Assembly (NCBI RefSeq): GCF_006345805.1
Contig: NC_043005.1
Coordinates: forward strand, 47,306,001-47,370,000
Length of the DNA: 64,000 bases
Direction of reading: 5' to 3'
DNA from: Octopus sinensis
Lineage: Eukaryota
Shown here: positions 25,875 to 39,129 of the stretch, one piece after another
How the letters are laid out: every line of letters starts with the position of its first letter
Position numbering within the stretch: position 1 is the first letter of the stretch
Notes under the pieces: generated by a model
Database searches by the model: none
Seen by the model: only the letters and a program-made list of their open reading frames with translations
Told to the model about the DNA's origin: nothing
Translations under genes and position numbers: made by a program

Positions 25875-25890
25875 GCAGACAAACAGATGG
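25390..25890. repeat. (CATA)n then (AGAT)n/(AGAC)n compound microsatellite
   Basis: Direct reading. Confidence 0.95.
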
Positions 25891-26520
25891 ATAGATTTCT
25901 TAAATACTGCTGGGAAATTATTTCACTGTGTTGTTATTTTGATCTTCAGACATTGTAGAAATATTTTGATGGAATAAGGATGTAATATACGAAAAGTAGT
26001 GACTAAAAGTCTTTTAGTGGCGTAATATTTATGATTATGAGTCTTGGAAGAAACCCTGGTCACTTCCTCTACTATTGGCATTTATCAACTTGACTCCATA
26101 TGAATTCTTCACTGTGATTGATTGTCAAATCCTGACTCTTCAAAGTGATATAACTGCCTCAAGCAAGTCTAAACTAACTATTGAAATTCTTTGTTGGATT
26201 ATAACTCTTTGGTTCCACTAGATAACTATTGTAAAAGTAGAAGTTGCATTCCTCATTGCAAAAAGTTGGTCTTAGACTGTGCTTTTGATGTTATAGTATT
26301 ATTCCTCAAAGGGAAGGAGGGAGCTTATGGTCACTAATGCATCTAGCAAAGATTTTCTTTCAGTTAATGTTGTTCATAATTATATTTTATAATGCTATGT
26401 TGAGGCAAACAGTAGCGTGATGAATACAGCACAGTTGTATGATGAATGCAGGTATTTTAAAGTGTGCAGTCCAGCATGAAGAAATCAAACATCCAAAATT
26501 AACTTCAGCTATCCATTAAT

Positions 26521-26687
26521 TTATTCAAATTGCTTTATTGCATATGCATTCACAAGATATTTTTCTCTTGCTACAATAAACAAGGCATTCATCTTATAAA
26601 GGATTTTCGTAAAAAGCTCTGATATTAGATAAAACCATGAATCAATCAATTTTTGCTCATATGCTCTCTGAATGAAGTTAAAAATAT
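26521..26687 (-). CDS. Candidate terminal exon of an unidentified minus-strand gene
   Basis: Acceptor CCTGTAG; open frame IFNFIQRAYEQKLIDSWFYLISELFTKILYKMNALFIVAREKYLVNAYAIKQFE*; no homology recognised. Confidence 0.2.
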
Positions 26688-27281
26688 CTACAGGATTTTG
26701 TATAGGCCTTTGCAAGTTTGAAAATACCAGATCCAGATTTCTATTTAAAATTTAAAGCATATTAAATCATTGTTATTATTGTTTGTCTTGTTGCCGTTAT
26801 TTTTCCTTTATGCATAACATATAGAAATATGATATGAGGGATTTCTCCCTATCTTTTGATCCTAACAACTTTCAAAAGGATTCTGTGCAGTGGTTAAAGG
26901 GTTAGGATATTCTCTGCTTATTCAATATTTTTATGGTAACACAGCAAACAAAATAGAGTTTATGAACCCTTCAATGCCCAACCTGCTAAAAACTTCTCAT
27001 ACTAATTGGAACAAAATAATAATTTCTCTTTATACAAACCACTAAGCTGTAAATTGAATTTTCTCCTGAAATAAAAAGGTTATCATCATTTTTAAAGCAA
27101 TATCTAAGATAATGATAGAATAAATACAAGGCTTTAAAAAATAAGTATGGGGGTTGATTCATTCGACTAAAAATTCTTCACGGTGGTGCCCCAGCATGGT
27201 CACAGTCTAATGATTGAAACAAGTAAAAGATAAAAGATAAAGGTTTTGTAATAAGTATCATCCCATCTCCTTGTTTTTCAG

Positions 27282-27343
27282 ACAGTTTATCTAGGTGTAT
27301 CAATGGTATCCGATGAAGCCTCCTTTGTTTTTAAGAGACTAAG
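27282..27343 (+). CDS. Candidate internal exon of an unidentified gene
   Basis: Acceptor CTCCTTGTTTTTCAG, donor AAG|GTGAGA; only one open frame, TVYLGVSMVSDEASFVFKRL. Confidence 0.3.
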
Positions 27344-27446
27344 GTGAGATCTTTAAGAGATTATCAAATTTTCCATCAAGGCAAATGATCATAAATTTTC
27401 TCTCATTGGTTCCTTGATCGCTCATCATTATAAAATTTGGGCTGTA

Positions 27447-27805
27447 TGGTAAGTAGCTTGCTTCCCAATCACACAATTCCAGGTTCAGTCCCCCTGTGTG
27501 GCACTTTGGGCAAGTGTCTTCTACTATAGCCTCAGGCTGACCAAAGCCTTGTGAGTGGATTTGGCAGATGGAAACTGAAAGAAGCCCATCGTATATATAT
27601 ATGTATGTATGTTTGTGTGGCTGTGTTTGTGCCCCCAACATCGCTTGACAACCAATGCTGGTGTGTTTATGTCCCCGTAACTTAGCAATTCAGCAAAAGA
27701 CACTGATAGAATAAGTACTAGGCTTACAAAGAATAAGTCCTGGAGTCAATTTGCTCAATTAAAGTGGTGCTCCAGCATGGCCACAGTCAAATGACTGAAA
27801 CAAGT
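27447..27805 (+). mobile_element. S1 SINE (full length)
   Basis: Head, body and GGCCACAGTCAAATGACTGAAAC tail. Confidence 0.85.
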
Positions 27806-27858
27806 CAAATACGGACACTTTAAAACTTTTGAGTAAAGGAAATGCTGTTTGCCAAAAC

Positions 27859-28174
27859 CAGGGGTCCTCAACCATTTTTTATCTATGGACTCCTTCCTTT
27901 ATTATTTTATTCTGGTGGACCCCCATAGCCATTCAGTGTTTAAAAACTAGTTTTATAGAAACTTTCAAAGTTTCTATTTTGTTTTTCACACATTAACTTG
28001 TGTAGGTTGAACTATGTCAAATGTTAAAGAAAGAAACCTAGCTGTTTCTGCAATACATATATCTAAAGCATAATTTTTTCAGGGGCCCTTACAATACTAA
28101 AATGGATCCCCAATTTTCAGCTTTCTGGCATAGACTCCCAAAAATCTTATATGGACCCTAGTTGAGAACCACTG
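27859..28174. mobile_element. hAT (Charlie-like) MITE
   Basis: TIRs CAGGGGTCCTCAACC and AGTTGAGAACCACTG. Confidence 0.75.
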
Positions 28175-29043
28175 GTCTAAAGTAAAAACTTTCATGAAGC
28201 ATTTGTCAAGAGAAAAATCTATGGTAGAAAAGAGAAAATTTGTGAAATTCGAATATGACTTTCTGGAAGCTGTTGATTGAATTTTTGGGAGAATATTTGG
28301 TAAAATATTTGAAATAAATAATGTGGTATACTTCCATCTTCATCTTCATAATCTTTTATCTTTAACCCTTTTGATACCAAACCGCCTGAGACTGCCTTTA
28401 GATGCATGATATCAACTTAAAGTGATCTAAGTTCAAAAGTTCCCTTTGAAATTTCAGGTTAATTTAGGTTCCAAATACCAGATTAAACCATTTGCATTTA
28501 AAGTGGTCATATTCAACCCAAATATCCTAGCTGCTTTATTTTTTAGCGGGGCAGATCCAGTCTCTCACACCTACCCTACAATGCTATTCTAAAAATAATC
28601 ACATCATCAAAATCTTAAAGCTATAAGATAAATACATGATTAATTCAGAACAATATGAAGAAATAAACATTACATTTGACTGGATGCTAAAAAGTTAATA
28701 ATGACAATGCTCTGTTGTGTCTTGCAACCTTTTCAATAGTCTTGACTATTGAAAAGGCTGCAAGATGCAACTAAAATTTTAGGAAAAATAAATAAGTAAA
28801 TGAGTGAAACTTTACTGGTGAGTGTGCTAAATAATAAGCCACAAAAAGAAAATTACTCTCCCCAGACACAACAGAATATGCTTCAACACACGAACTCATA
28901 TTAAGAATCTTGCAAACCAAATCCAAAAATGAAATAAAATGACAATATTGCTTCACTATAATTTTCTTAATTTATAAAATTAATTGAAACAAAATTAGGT
29001 ACATCAACTGAAAAACAGTAAGAAAAGGGTTAAATGAATTTGC

Positions 29044-29272
29044 TTTAATCCTTTAGCATTTGGATTATTCTGTCAAATGCAATGCTTATTCATTAACATT
29101 ATTTTGAGTTAATTATGCATTATGTTGAAGCTTCAAGATTATGATGATGTGATTGTTTATTTTTAGAATAACATTGTAGGGTGTGTATAAGAGGCCAGAT
29201 CTAACCACTTTGAACATAAAATTAATAGAATATTTGGGCTGGATATGACCAGTTTGAATGCTAAAGGGTTAA
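29044..29272. mobile_element. piggyBac-type MITE
   Basis: TTAA-TCCTTTAGCATT ... AATGCTAAAGGG-TTAA; related pieces at about 22680-22800, 28560-28700, 30832-31060 and 41200-41355. Confidence 0.7.
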
Positions 29273-30831
29273 GCTAGTATCATCATTTGTACTCAACTTG
29301 GTGATGTTAATTAAGTAGACTATTTTGATAGAATATTTTATATAAAATTAATCATATGACGTGTGTATATGAATGGTATCTTCCCCACCATTTTCATAAA
29401 CTTTTATCATGAAATGAGTTTCAGGGTTTTGGCTTAACACCATCAACAGTTCTTGTCCAGAAAATTTTCTGTGTTTTCCCAGATCAAAAATATTGTGTTT
29501 TGAAATGTAACTATCATTAACGGAAAAATTAGGGTTAGTGTTTGTCAGCTGCAGTTGGAGTAAATATGGAAGATTAATATGGACATCTATACATGATTTG
29601 AACTCAGATATCTTCTTTCTTGTTTTAAATCTATGGTCAGTTGATACTGCTTACATGTACTGAGTTGTTGGTGAACCAGATGATACCAATGTAACTAAAA
29701 TGCTATTGTTGTTTTTGTTGTTGTTGTTGATGATGATGATGAATACAAGGTTGGCAACCAATGATAATGAGGATGATAGAAAAGTGAGGATAGAGGAGGT
29801 GGGGGAAAGGCAATGAGAAGTTGGGGGAGAAAGACGGTCCATTGATGGTCATAATGATGATAATCATAAGGAAGTTGGTAGCAGTTGTAGATTTGGTGAG
29901 GAAGATAACAACGACCGTGGTTGTTTTTGTTACTATTTACATGCAAACATACTCCCCGAATCCCAACCGACCATACTGATATATCTTATTCTTTGTTGTT
30001 GTCAATCTATGTATTTGATTGAAACAAATTGCAAGAAATCTGGAAGAATGAAGCGTAGTCGTTCCCTTGAGATTGGTTAGAATAGTGGAGAATATTTTCT
30101 GGTAATCCTGCAGAGCATTTAAATAACAGTCTGAGATATTGTTGCAGACAACAGACTTCAAAAACTGACACTGTGTCAAATAAGACAAGAAAGTAATTGT
30201 GTGTCTTGAGATACAAAAAGAAATATACAAGGTTAGTTTTGAAGTAATAATGCCACACGCTAGTTTAGACAAAATAGCTAAATGGATAACATATTGGGCC
30301 TAAAAACTCGCAGGTATTGTGCTATGGTCTACTGCAGGTTTTTATTGTGTTACTATAAAAATAATTTGCTCTAAATTGCATCAGTTCACTTTGAGAGATG
30401 TATAATACCTCGGAAAATTGCCATCATAGACTGAAACTCTATGTAAAAGATTTCTCTGTCAGCTAATTCAAGACATGAAATTGAAGTACTTGATCTTAAG
30501 AGACAATGATATTACACTATATCTGCTATAATATCACATGTTAAAATAAATCTAGATATAAGCAATATATTCATAACCTGCTCTGTTATTTACTTACTGT
30601 TTTTTTTTCTTCTGTGTTATTATTGTTTGTCTTTTTTTTTTTTTTTTGCATACGTTATCTTGTGATGCACATGGACACAACACTTGAAATGTTACCCACA
30701 GTCATAGGGTACTTTGAATCATTCTGCAATTAGTCTTACCACAGTGACTCAACTAAAGTTAAATAAAACCTTTGCTTGTGTTCATCAGCACTACCCAACC
30801 CACAGGGCAATTCTTCTGCTCCATAGCTACT

Positions 30832-31060
30832 TTAACCCATAAGCTTTTATATTAGCCATATCTGGCTCAAATATTCCGCATGTTTTATTTTCAAACTGCC
30901 TGAATGTAGTATGTTACACTTATCACACAATGACATTCTAAATATAAACAATCACTTCATTAAAATTCCTAAGCTTCAAGATAATGTATGATTGATTCAA
31001 AACATTATGAATAAATAAGCATTAAATTTGATAGATAAATCTGAATGTTAAAAGGTTAAA
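30832..31060. mobile_element. piggyBac-type MITE, same family as 29044
   Basis: TTAACCCATAAGC ... AATGTTAAAAGGTTAA. Confidence 0.6.
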
Positions 31061-31284
31061 ACAACTTCCATTACATCGGTAGCTAATTCGATGAACACTG
31101 GTTCCTGTGATGCCCAGCATTATGTAAGCCCTACTGAGTGACTGGTCTCTCAGTTAGGCTAATGGAAGGAATTATTTTCATTGGATAATTACGGTCATTG
31201 CAACTAGTGTATAGCTTTCTCCATGCCTTACTGAATGCATTACAAAAATGTAGATATACACTATTAAAATTGGTGATCATTTTC

Positions 31285-32010
31285 AGGCCGAGCAAAGCCT
31301 TGTGAGTGGATTTGGTAGACAGAAACTGAAAGAAGCCTGTCGTATATATGTATATGTGTGTGTGTGTGTATGTTCGTGTGTATATGTTCATGTGTCTGTG
31401 TTTTTTCCCCCAACATCGCTTGACAACCGATGCTGGTGTGTCCCTGTAACTTAGCAGTTCAGCAAAAGAGACCAATAGAATAAGTACTAGGCTTACAAAG
31501 AATAAGTCCTGAGGTCAATTTGCTCGATTAAAGGTGGTGCTCCAGCATGGCCACAGTCAAATGACTGAAACAAGAAAAAAGAGTAAAAGAGTAAAGAGAT
31601 TTTCAGTATAAACATTGATACTCAATCCAACTATGACTGACCATCAAATTATGTGCATACTGTCTTATATTTTAAGACCTGTCATATAAAATTCAGTGCT
31701 TTAAAAACTGTATATATCGTGCAGGCATGGCTGCATCGTAAGAAGCTTGTTTTCAAACTACATGGCTCTGAGTTCAGTCCCACTGCATGGGACCTTCGGC
31801 AGCTGTCTACAACTACAAACTCAGGCTCACCAAAGCCTTGTAAGTGGATTTGGTAGACAGAAACTGAAAGAAGCCCATCATTTGTGTGTATGTGCATTGT
31901 GTGTGTGTCATTGTGTCTGTGTTTGAACCCCACCACTGCTTGACAACCAGTGTTAGTGTGTTCACATCCTCATTACTTAGAAGTTCAGCAAAAGGGACCA
32001 ATAGAATAAG
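31285..32010 (+). mobile_element. Two S1 SINE copies
   Basis: S1 body and tail at 31285-31590; S1 head and body at 31720-32010. Confidence 0.8.
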
Positions 32011-33441
32011 ATGGCCACTTTAGAGAGAAAAATGAAAAACAGCATTAAAAAAACATCTACTCAACTTGATTGAAAGAGATCTGCTATGTAGCTGAAGAAA
32101 TAAGTGGTGTAAATGATCTGCACAGGAATCTGAATCAATTTTCTTAATTCACTAAATTATTACTGGCAAATGTCACTTTTTTCTCTCTTTAATTTATTTC
32201 TTTGCTAACTCACATGTTTGAAATAATAAAAATTATAAGAATATGAACAAATATAGTCATGCTGTTAAGAAGTTTTGCATCACAGTCATATAATTCCAGG
32301 TCTGATTGCAATGTGTAGTGCCTTAAGCAAGAGATTTTTACTGCAGCCTTGAGTCAACCAATGTGTTAGAAGATTTATTTATTTATTTATTTTACTATTT
32401 AGAGATGACAGAGGGGTGTATATGGTACTTTTTATTTTCTGGGCTTCTGGGAGTGGTGGAAGCTATCCTCAACATAGACACCTAAAAAGAATATTTGCAA
32501 CAGGCTGAACTCCTCTACATGCTCTCAAAGCCTATCACCTCAGAACACAGAACTTAGAACTCAAAAGGCCAGAATAAATACAGAAAGGTAACCTGAATGA
32601 CCTTCTTGAAATTCTACCAATTCACCATCCTGAACCAGTGCTTTACTTTAGTTATACCCAAAGGATGAAAGGCAAAGTTGACCTTGCCAAAAATTAAGCC
32701 TAGAATACAAAGAGCAAAATCAAATACCACAAGGGTACTTAATTGGTAAGTGAAAAATGAAAAAGCTCATCATATGTATATGTGGGGTACAAATACCTAT
32801 CTTTCGATATCTATAATTAAATTTATATGCATATATATTTGTGTGTGTGTGTGTGTGTGCATGCGATTATGCATGTCTGTGTATTTACTATAGTATATTG
32901 GTAGAAACTTCATGTATAGTTGCATCCCTTCACTTCAAGTCATGCACGTAGCTATATTTGAAAATAATTCCCTGCATCAAGCTAACTGGGAGGCCAGTCC
33001 CTCAGCAGAGCTTACTGCTTTGAAGGGGTTTTTATGCCCCAAAAATTTACCTCAGGACTTATTTTTAAAGCCTGGTGTTTATTCTGTAGGTCTCTTATAT
33101 TGAACCACTAAGTTACAGGGACATAAACAAACCATCACCAAGTGGTGATGGTAGTGGGGCAAACACAAAGACACACACCATACATAGATACATATGGACA
33201 TACATATATATATATCATTTAGAGAAAAACCTCTATTAAACAATTCAATAAAGAAAGATGTTATTCACACTATATAAAAAACATATACTATAAAAAAGCC
33301 TTATTCTAAAAATCAATAAAGTACAATAAATAGTAAATAGTAGTAGTAGTAATATATTGTGAAATTTGATTTAAAATTGTTAAATTGAATTTTTCCCTGT
33401 AAGTTTTGGAATTATATTCCCTACTACTACTATTATTATTA

Positions 33442-33502
<61 letters not shown>

Positions 33503-33718
33503 CATATATATATATATAAATATAATTCTTTCCACAATGTCCGAATTGTTCTCGCCATTGGAAAAATATTATCCAAAAAATGAAAATATTTCAAAATGCT
33601 TAATAGACATAAAATTAAATTTGCATTTTCTAATAGCCGAAACCTCACACAAATTATAGTAGCACACAACGCGAGTAAGTTAAGTAATTTCCAAATGATG
33701 GATCAGCAATAATTAGTA

Positions 33719-33900
33719 TGCAGCACGGAGTTTTGTCAGTGAAGAGGTCACGGTCTCAAAGTGACGAAAATATTTTGGCAAATCAAATTTAAATGTTGAA
33801 GTGAATCTAATGGTTTTTGTGTGTTTCTTAAATGGCTTATAAACACCTTCCATGCTGATCTCAGATCAGGTCACTTGCTATGCAAGTACATCTCCGTAAT
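33719..33900 (+). mobile_element. Family C hammerhead-bearing repeat with TSD
   Basis: Flanked by AATAATTAGTA at 33708-33718 and 33898-33908 (core TSD at least AATTAGTA); homologue of 13433-13640. Confidence 0.8.
33732..33782 (+). ncRNA. Hammerhead-like fold (core GUGAAGA)
   Basis: TTTGTCA-GTGAAGA-G-GTCAC-GGTCTCAAA-GTGAC-GAAA-ATAT-T-T-TGGCAAA. Confidence 0.5.
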
Positions 33901-35051
33901 AATTAGTAATGATGTTAATATAATTAACCAAACTAGGAGTGTGAGAAATTGCTATAGCAGAAGCACTACTCAAAGGGAAGCAACCGTAACTAACTCAAAT
34001 GTGAAATTAAGAAGGGAAGACAAGAATACTAGAAAATGCAGTACCCAGAATGTCATCAATGGAGATAGAAGAAATAACCTGGAGAATAGGCAAAATAAAT
34101 TAGAGATTACCCTTAATGAAACCAGCATAGAAAATAATATTAGAATTAGAAGAGCTGATATTTTGTGATTGCTCAAGGAATAGACAATGTACTTTAAACT
34201 TCGAAGGTAAGATTAAAAATGTGGTTTACAGGTGCAAAGTTGCATCAAAAGACAAAGAGTATTTTTATATAGGTGCCATCTCACATTTTATTAAACAAAG
34301 AATAGCTAACCATGAAAGTTCTTTCAAGTATAGTGAGAAAAAATTATACTAGCCTTTGTATAATTAGTTTGGTCACTGAAAGATAGTAACAAAATATATT
34401 CAATTGGTTAGGGTATTATTAGTAAGGCTAAACTTTATAGAATAGGGGGTAAAAGGTGTGACTTATGCATAGGAGAATGTACCAAATTTTCACTGCTAAA
34501 ATTAAACTAATAAACACATGACAAGAACGTGGTGTATGATGCCTTCCTTAAAGAAAATTTACATTTAAACAATTCAAAGAAACCCATTACCCTTTATATA
34601 ATAAAAATTTATTAGAATAACAATTGTGAAAATAAGAACCAAAAAAATAAATCAAAATTGATTGAATACCTCTAAACTAAGAATATTGTTTTTGAAATGA
34701 GTGTGATGGTAAAATTCTAGTAAAACATTTGATCCAACCATGACCTATTTTTAGGACTGTTTCATTTCACCTACCACATTTAGTAGAGGTGAATCCTAAG
34801 TCAAGATTCCTACAACTATTAATAGTAGCACACATACCTCCTAAAATGAACATTTTATTCATTCAGTTTGCTGATTCCTTCAGTTTCACTTTGAACCGGC
34901 AGAAAGTAAGGACACTAATACCTGCACCAAGCATTACACCATGTTGCATATGTGGTTGAAATGTGTAGGTCCAGAAAAGGATGCTGTATATAACTTAAAT
35001 AAAACTATGGATGTGAAAAATCTCTCTTCTCTTTATCATATTAATACAATA

Positions 35052-35170
35052 TAATATGGCCATATAACTTTGAAAGCATCAGTTCTCATCTGATCACTGA
35101 AGTTAAGCAACGTCAGTCCAATGAGTACTTAGATGGGTGACCACTTGGAAAACCTAGATGCTGTAAGCAT
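35052..35170 (+). pseudogene. 5S rRNA pseudogene (retrocopy)
   Basis: GGCCAT..GATCACTGAAGTTAAGCAACGTC..GAGTACTTAGATGGGTGACC..GCTGTA matches the 5S layout over ~119 nt; CpG sites decayed to TpG/CpA; followed by an A-rich tail. Confidence 0.9.
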
Positions 35171-35196
35171 AAAAAAATAAAAGAGAAAAGAGAAAG

Positions 35197-35404
35197 TGAG
35201 CTGGCAGAAATGTTAGCATGCCAGGCAAAATACTTAGTGGTATTTCATCTGTCTTTACATTCTGAGTTCAAATTCTGCCGAGGTCGACTTTGCCTTTCAT
35301 CCTTTTGGGGTTGCTAAATTAAGTACCAGTTGCATACTGGGGTCGATCTAATCGACTGGTCCTCTCCCTAAAAATTTCGGGCCTTGTGCCTTGAGTAGAA
35401 AAGG
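35197..35404 (+). mobile_element. S2 SINE directly behind the 5S copy
   Basis: GAGCTGGCAGAAATGTTAGC head, TCTGAGTTCAAATTCTGCCGAGGTCGAC body. Confidence 0.85.
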
Positions 35405-37261
35405 ATACAATATATTCATATACACACACACAAATGCACACACATATATATGTATACATATGTGTGTATGTTCGTGTATATGCTTTAGTATGATGGTGAA
35501 AACTGTATATATTGTTGCATCCTTTACTTCAAGTCATACACATAATTATATTTAAAAATAATCCTTTTCTATCAGCCTAACTGGGAGACCAGTCCCTCAG
35601 CAGAGCTTATATAGTGCTGAGCATCACAGGAATCAGTAGTCATCAAATTAGCCACTTAAGGTGATTATGGATCAGAAGAATCGAGCCATGAGTAGGGTAG
35701 TGCTATATAGAAACCAATAAAATAGTGCCAAACTGAAATAAGTATGAAATAGTATGATAAATTAAAAAATTCTTTTTTTAAAATTTGGTGCCCCAATATG
35801 GCCATAATCCAATGACTGAAGTCAGGAAAGCAATAAGAGTATAATGTAGAATTCCAGACCAGATTGAGGCAATTGAAGAAAAGCTTATACAATAAAGTTG
35901 TACAAAATGTGTAAGAGCGTTGTAAATTGAAAGCTGTTAGTTTGAGAACAAGAACGCAACAAGTTAGCTGTGATATAGTTTTGAAAGAGTTAATGTGATT
36001 GGGAAATGCATAAATGTATCAACCTCCCATTACCATTTCCTTAAGTGGTTAGTTTGGAAAGGAATGGCTTCAGTCAAACTGATTTTTCCCTGGTCAAATG
36101 AAGATGAAATTGAATTCTTGAGAATTCTTCAGAAGTACTTCGATGACCTAATGGATTATGGGATATTACGTAACTAACAAGTGGTACATGAAGCAGAAAC
36201 CAGAGAAAGGTGATTGCAATTAATTAAATCACAAGGGCCTAGAAAGATGGTCCTCTGCTCCTCTCTTGGTAAGGCAATACAAAACACACTGAAATACATG
36301 GACAGACTTTGTACAAGCTTACCTAAATAAGAAATCAGATTTGAAACCAATGATGAAATTTATTTGGAGAAGATTTGTTATTATCAGCTTCATTATTCTA
36401 TGATTATTTTTGCCAGTGGACTTGTGATATTCTAATTGTTTTAAAACACCAACAATGGATAAAGAGGTTACATGGCTGAATAAATGAGTTTTGGACTATG
36501 ACTTGTAGGTTATGAGATCACATCTATTCCAGTTATTTTGTGGCACTTCTTAATTCTATGTGTATCAGTTTAGCAAGCCATTGAGAATAAGTACATTGAT
36601 TTTTCTGAGAAAATTACCAGCAATAGACATCGCATCATATCTATATTAAGTAGCTGGAAAAGCCTCTATCTCTCTTCTATGCTATGTTCCAGTCATATGA
36701 ATTAAAATATAGATCCTTATGAGTCCTGAGAGGATTGTTATTTTTTTTATTAATAAAATCACTAATTCTGTATGAAATAACTAAATTTTCTAAATCAGTA
36801 ATTATAGCCAGAATTTGATTTTTTATCTATATATATATATATTTGTATTCCTAGATGAACAAACCTGGATATTTATTCTCTGTTTATTTCATCCATATCT
36901 ATTTTTTCATAGGTCATTTGGATATTAAGTTGCTGCCATTATTGTTGTTGTTGTTGATGCTGTTGTTTAATCCATCCGACTCAGTCAAGCAGACATTTGA
37001 TCAAATAATTTTATCCATAACTATACTACATTTATGTATTCAGAAATTTTGTATCTAGAACTATTATTCAATACATCCTTTAATAATGCAAGGTGTTATT
37101 TGTGTGAGAGTTGGATGCTTATTTCTAGTAAGTGGAGAGAGCATTCATTGGCCATTCATTGACTTATTATTAATAGTAGATTATAACCTTCTCATCAAAT
37201 AAATCTATGACCCAGAGTCATTTCCTAGTTTTATTAATTACTGTTACATTACTGCTTTCCT

Positions 37262-37420
37262 GTGGAGGTGCATGGCTCAGTGGTTAGAAGCTTGCTTCCC
37301 AATCACATGGCACTGGGTTCAGTACCATTGGGCAAATGTCTTCAATTATAGCCTCGGGCCAACCAAAGCCATGTGAGTGGATTTGATAGATGGAAACTGA
37401 AAGAAGCTCGTTGTATATAT

Positions 37421-37453
<33 letters not shown>

Positions 37454-37995
37454 TATTTGTGTATCTGTGTTTGTTCCCCACCATCACTTTACAACCGATG
37501 TTGGTGTGTTTATGTTCCCATAACTAGCAGTTTGGCAAAAGAGACCAATAGAATAGGCTTACAAAGAATGAGTCCTGGGTTGATTTGTTTGACTAAAGAT
37601 GGTGCTCCAGCATGGCCACAGTCAAATGACTGAAACAGGTAAAAGAATAAAGGAATAAAAGAATATATATATATATATATATACAGGATTTAGATGTGAG
37701 CTACTACTAGTTTTATTTTCCCTGAAAATACATTGATTGAACAAGCTTATATAGCATGCCAGAATGATTGTGAGCTGGCAGAATCATTAGCACACCGGGC
37801 GAAATGCTTAGCAGTATTTCATCTGCTGTTACGTTCTGAGTTCAAATTCCGCCGAGGTCGACTTTGCCTTTCATCCTTTCGAGGTCGATAAATTAAGTAC
37901 CAGTTATGCACTGGGGTTAATGTAATCGACTTAATACCTTCATCTGTCCTTGTTTCCCCCCTCTATGTTTAGCCCCTTGTGGGCAATAAAGAAAT
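37262..37995 (+). mobile_element. S1 SINE (37262-37655) and S2 SINE (37770-37995)
   Basis: Consensus-like heads and tails. Confidence 0.85.
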
Positions 37996-38744
37996 AAGGA
38001 TGATTGCCTGAAAAATATAGCACACTATAGAAGCTTGTCTGATCATTGTATTTTCAGAGGCATGAAACTAGTAACAGTTCATAGAGAGACAAAGAAGGAG
38101 AGAAAAAGTGGGAGAGGGAGAGAGATATGCACACACATGTAAATGCTTTCATATATATATATATATATATAGATGCATATATACATACATATTTGTGTGT
38201 GTGTGTGCATGTGTGTTTGTGTATGTGTAGGGTTATATATGCATGAAAACATACAAATGTGAAAGCGTACTACTCAGTATCTTTAAAGGTGTGTATACAT
38301 AGGCAAAAACAATGTTACTAATTCACTGTGCATTAGTTTCTATACAAAGCTAATCTCTACTTTACACGCACATGTACATAAGTGCTCTACTGTTTACTAA
38401 AGGTCAATACACCTTCTTCTAGAGAAATCTCAAGTCAGAACACTTGTAATATTTCTTATATAGCTTCTTTATCACCTATATCCTGTTACAAATCTCTAAT
38501 TGCCTTAAACGCTAGTGGTCTTCCTTCTTTCATGAAAGTCCTTGAAAATCTCTCTAAACAAGAAAACACAAGTAGTAGATATTTTCTTTACTGAAATGCA
38601 GACTTGAAATCTATATGATGGTTTCTCCGGCCAGTGGTGGAATTATTCAACAGTGGAGTCATTATTGTTGAACTTCAGATATGTGTAAAATGGAAATAAT
38701 CAAACACTTTGCTGTATTATATTAAGAATAATGAATAAAAGCAG

Positions 38745-38955
38745 TGATCTGGCAGAATCATTAGCATGCCAGATTAAAAACACTTAGCAGCATTCCATCT
38801 GTTTTTATGTTCAGAGTTCAAATTCCATTAAGATGGACTTTGTCTTTTATCTCTAAAGAGTTACTAAAATAAGTATTAGTCTAGTACCAGCAGTGATGTA
38901 ATTGACTAGTCCCTTCTTGACGAAATTTCAGGCTTTGTGCCTATAATAGAAAGGA
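38745..38955 (+). mobile_element. Diverged S2 SINE
   Basis: CTGGCAGAATCATTAGC..GAGTTCAAATTCC. Confidence 0.75.
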
Positions 38956-39100
38956 TGTTAAGAATAACGAATCTATTTTTAGATGTAATAAAATTGGCAT
39001 AGCACTGGCAGGGTAAAAATAGTGCCACATGGTAGTTTAGTTATTCTTTGATAGTTTGAATATTGCACAAGACTGATTTTTAATTTCTTTACATTCTTAC

Positions 39101-39129
39101 CTGGAATCAATAATATAAATACTAATCAA
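39101..39129 (-). CDS. Candidate 29-nt internal exon of an unidentified gene
   Basis: Acceptor AATTTCAACAG, donor CAG|GTAAGA; LISIYIIDS, phase 0 to 2; phase-compatible with 40455-40494. Confidence 0.4.

Larger units (their letters stand above)
33520..34500 (+). mobile_element. Penelope-like retroelement 3' relic with GIY-YIG endonuclease
   Basis: KYFKMLNRHKIKFAFSNSRNLTQIIVAHN linker, then CDCSRNRQC..NVVYRC..YFYIG..KQRIANHESSF..LVWSLK..RCDLC; interrupted by frameshifts, a stop and the family C insert. Confidence 0.85.

Noticed and set aside
32505-32588. Candidate plus exon LNSSTCSQSLSPQNTELRTQKARINTE
   Set aside because: Modest splice signals and no recognisable homology; could be a LINE relic.
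35995-36177. Protein-like ORF WSNEDEIEFLRILQKYFDDL
   Set aside because: No supporting splice donor or recognisable family; stops follow in frame.
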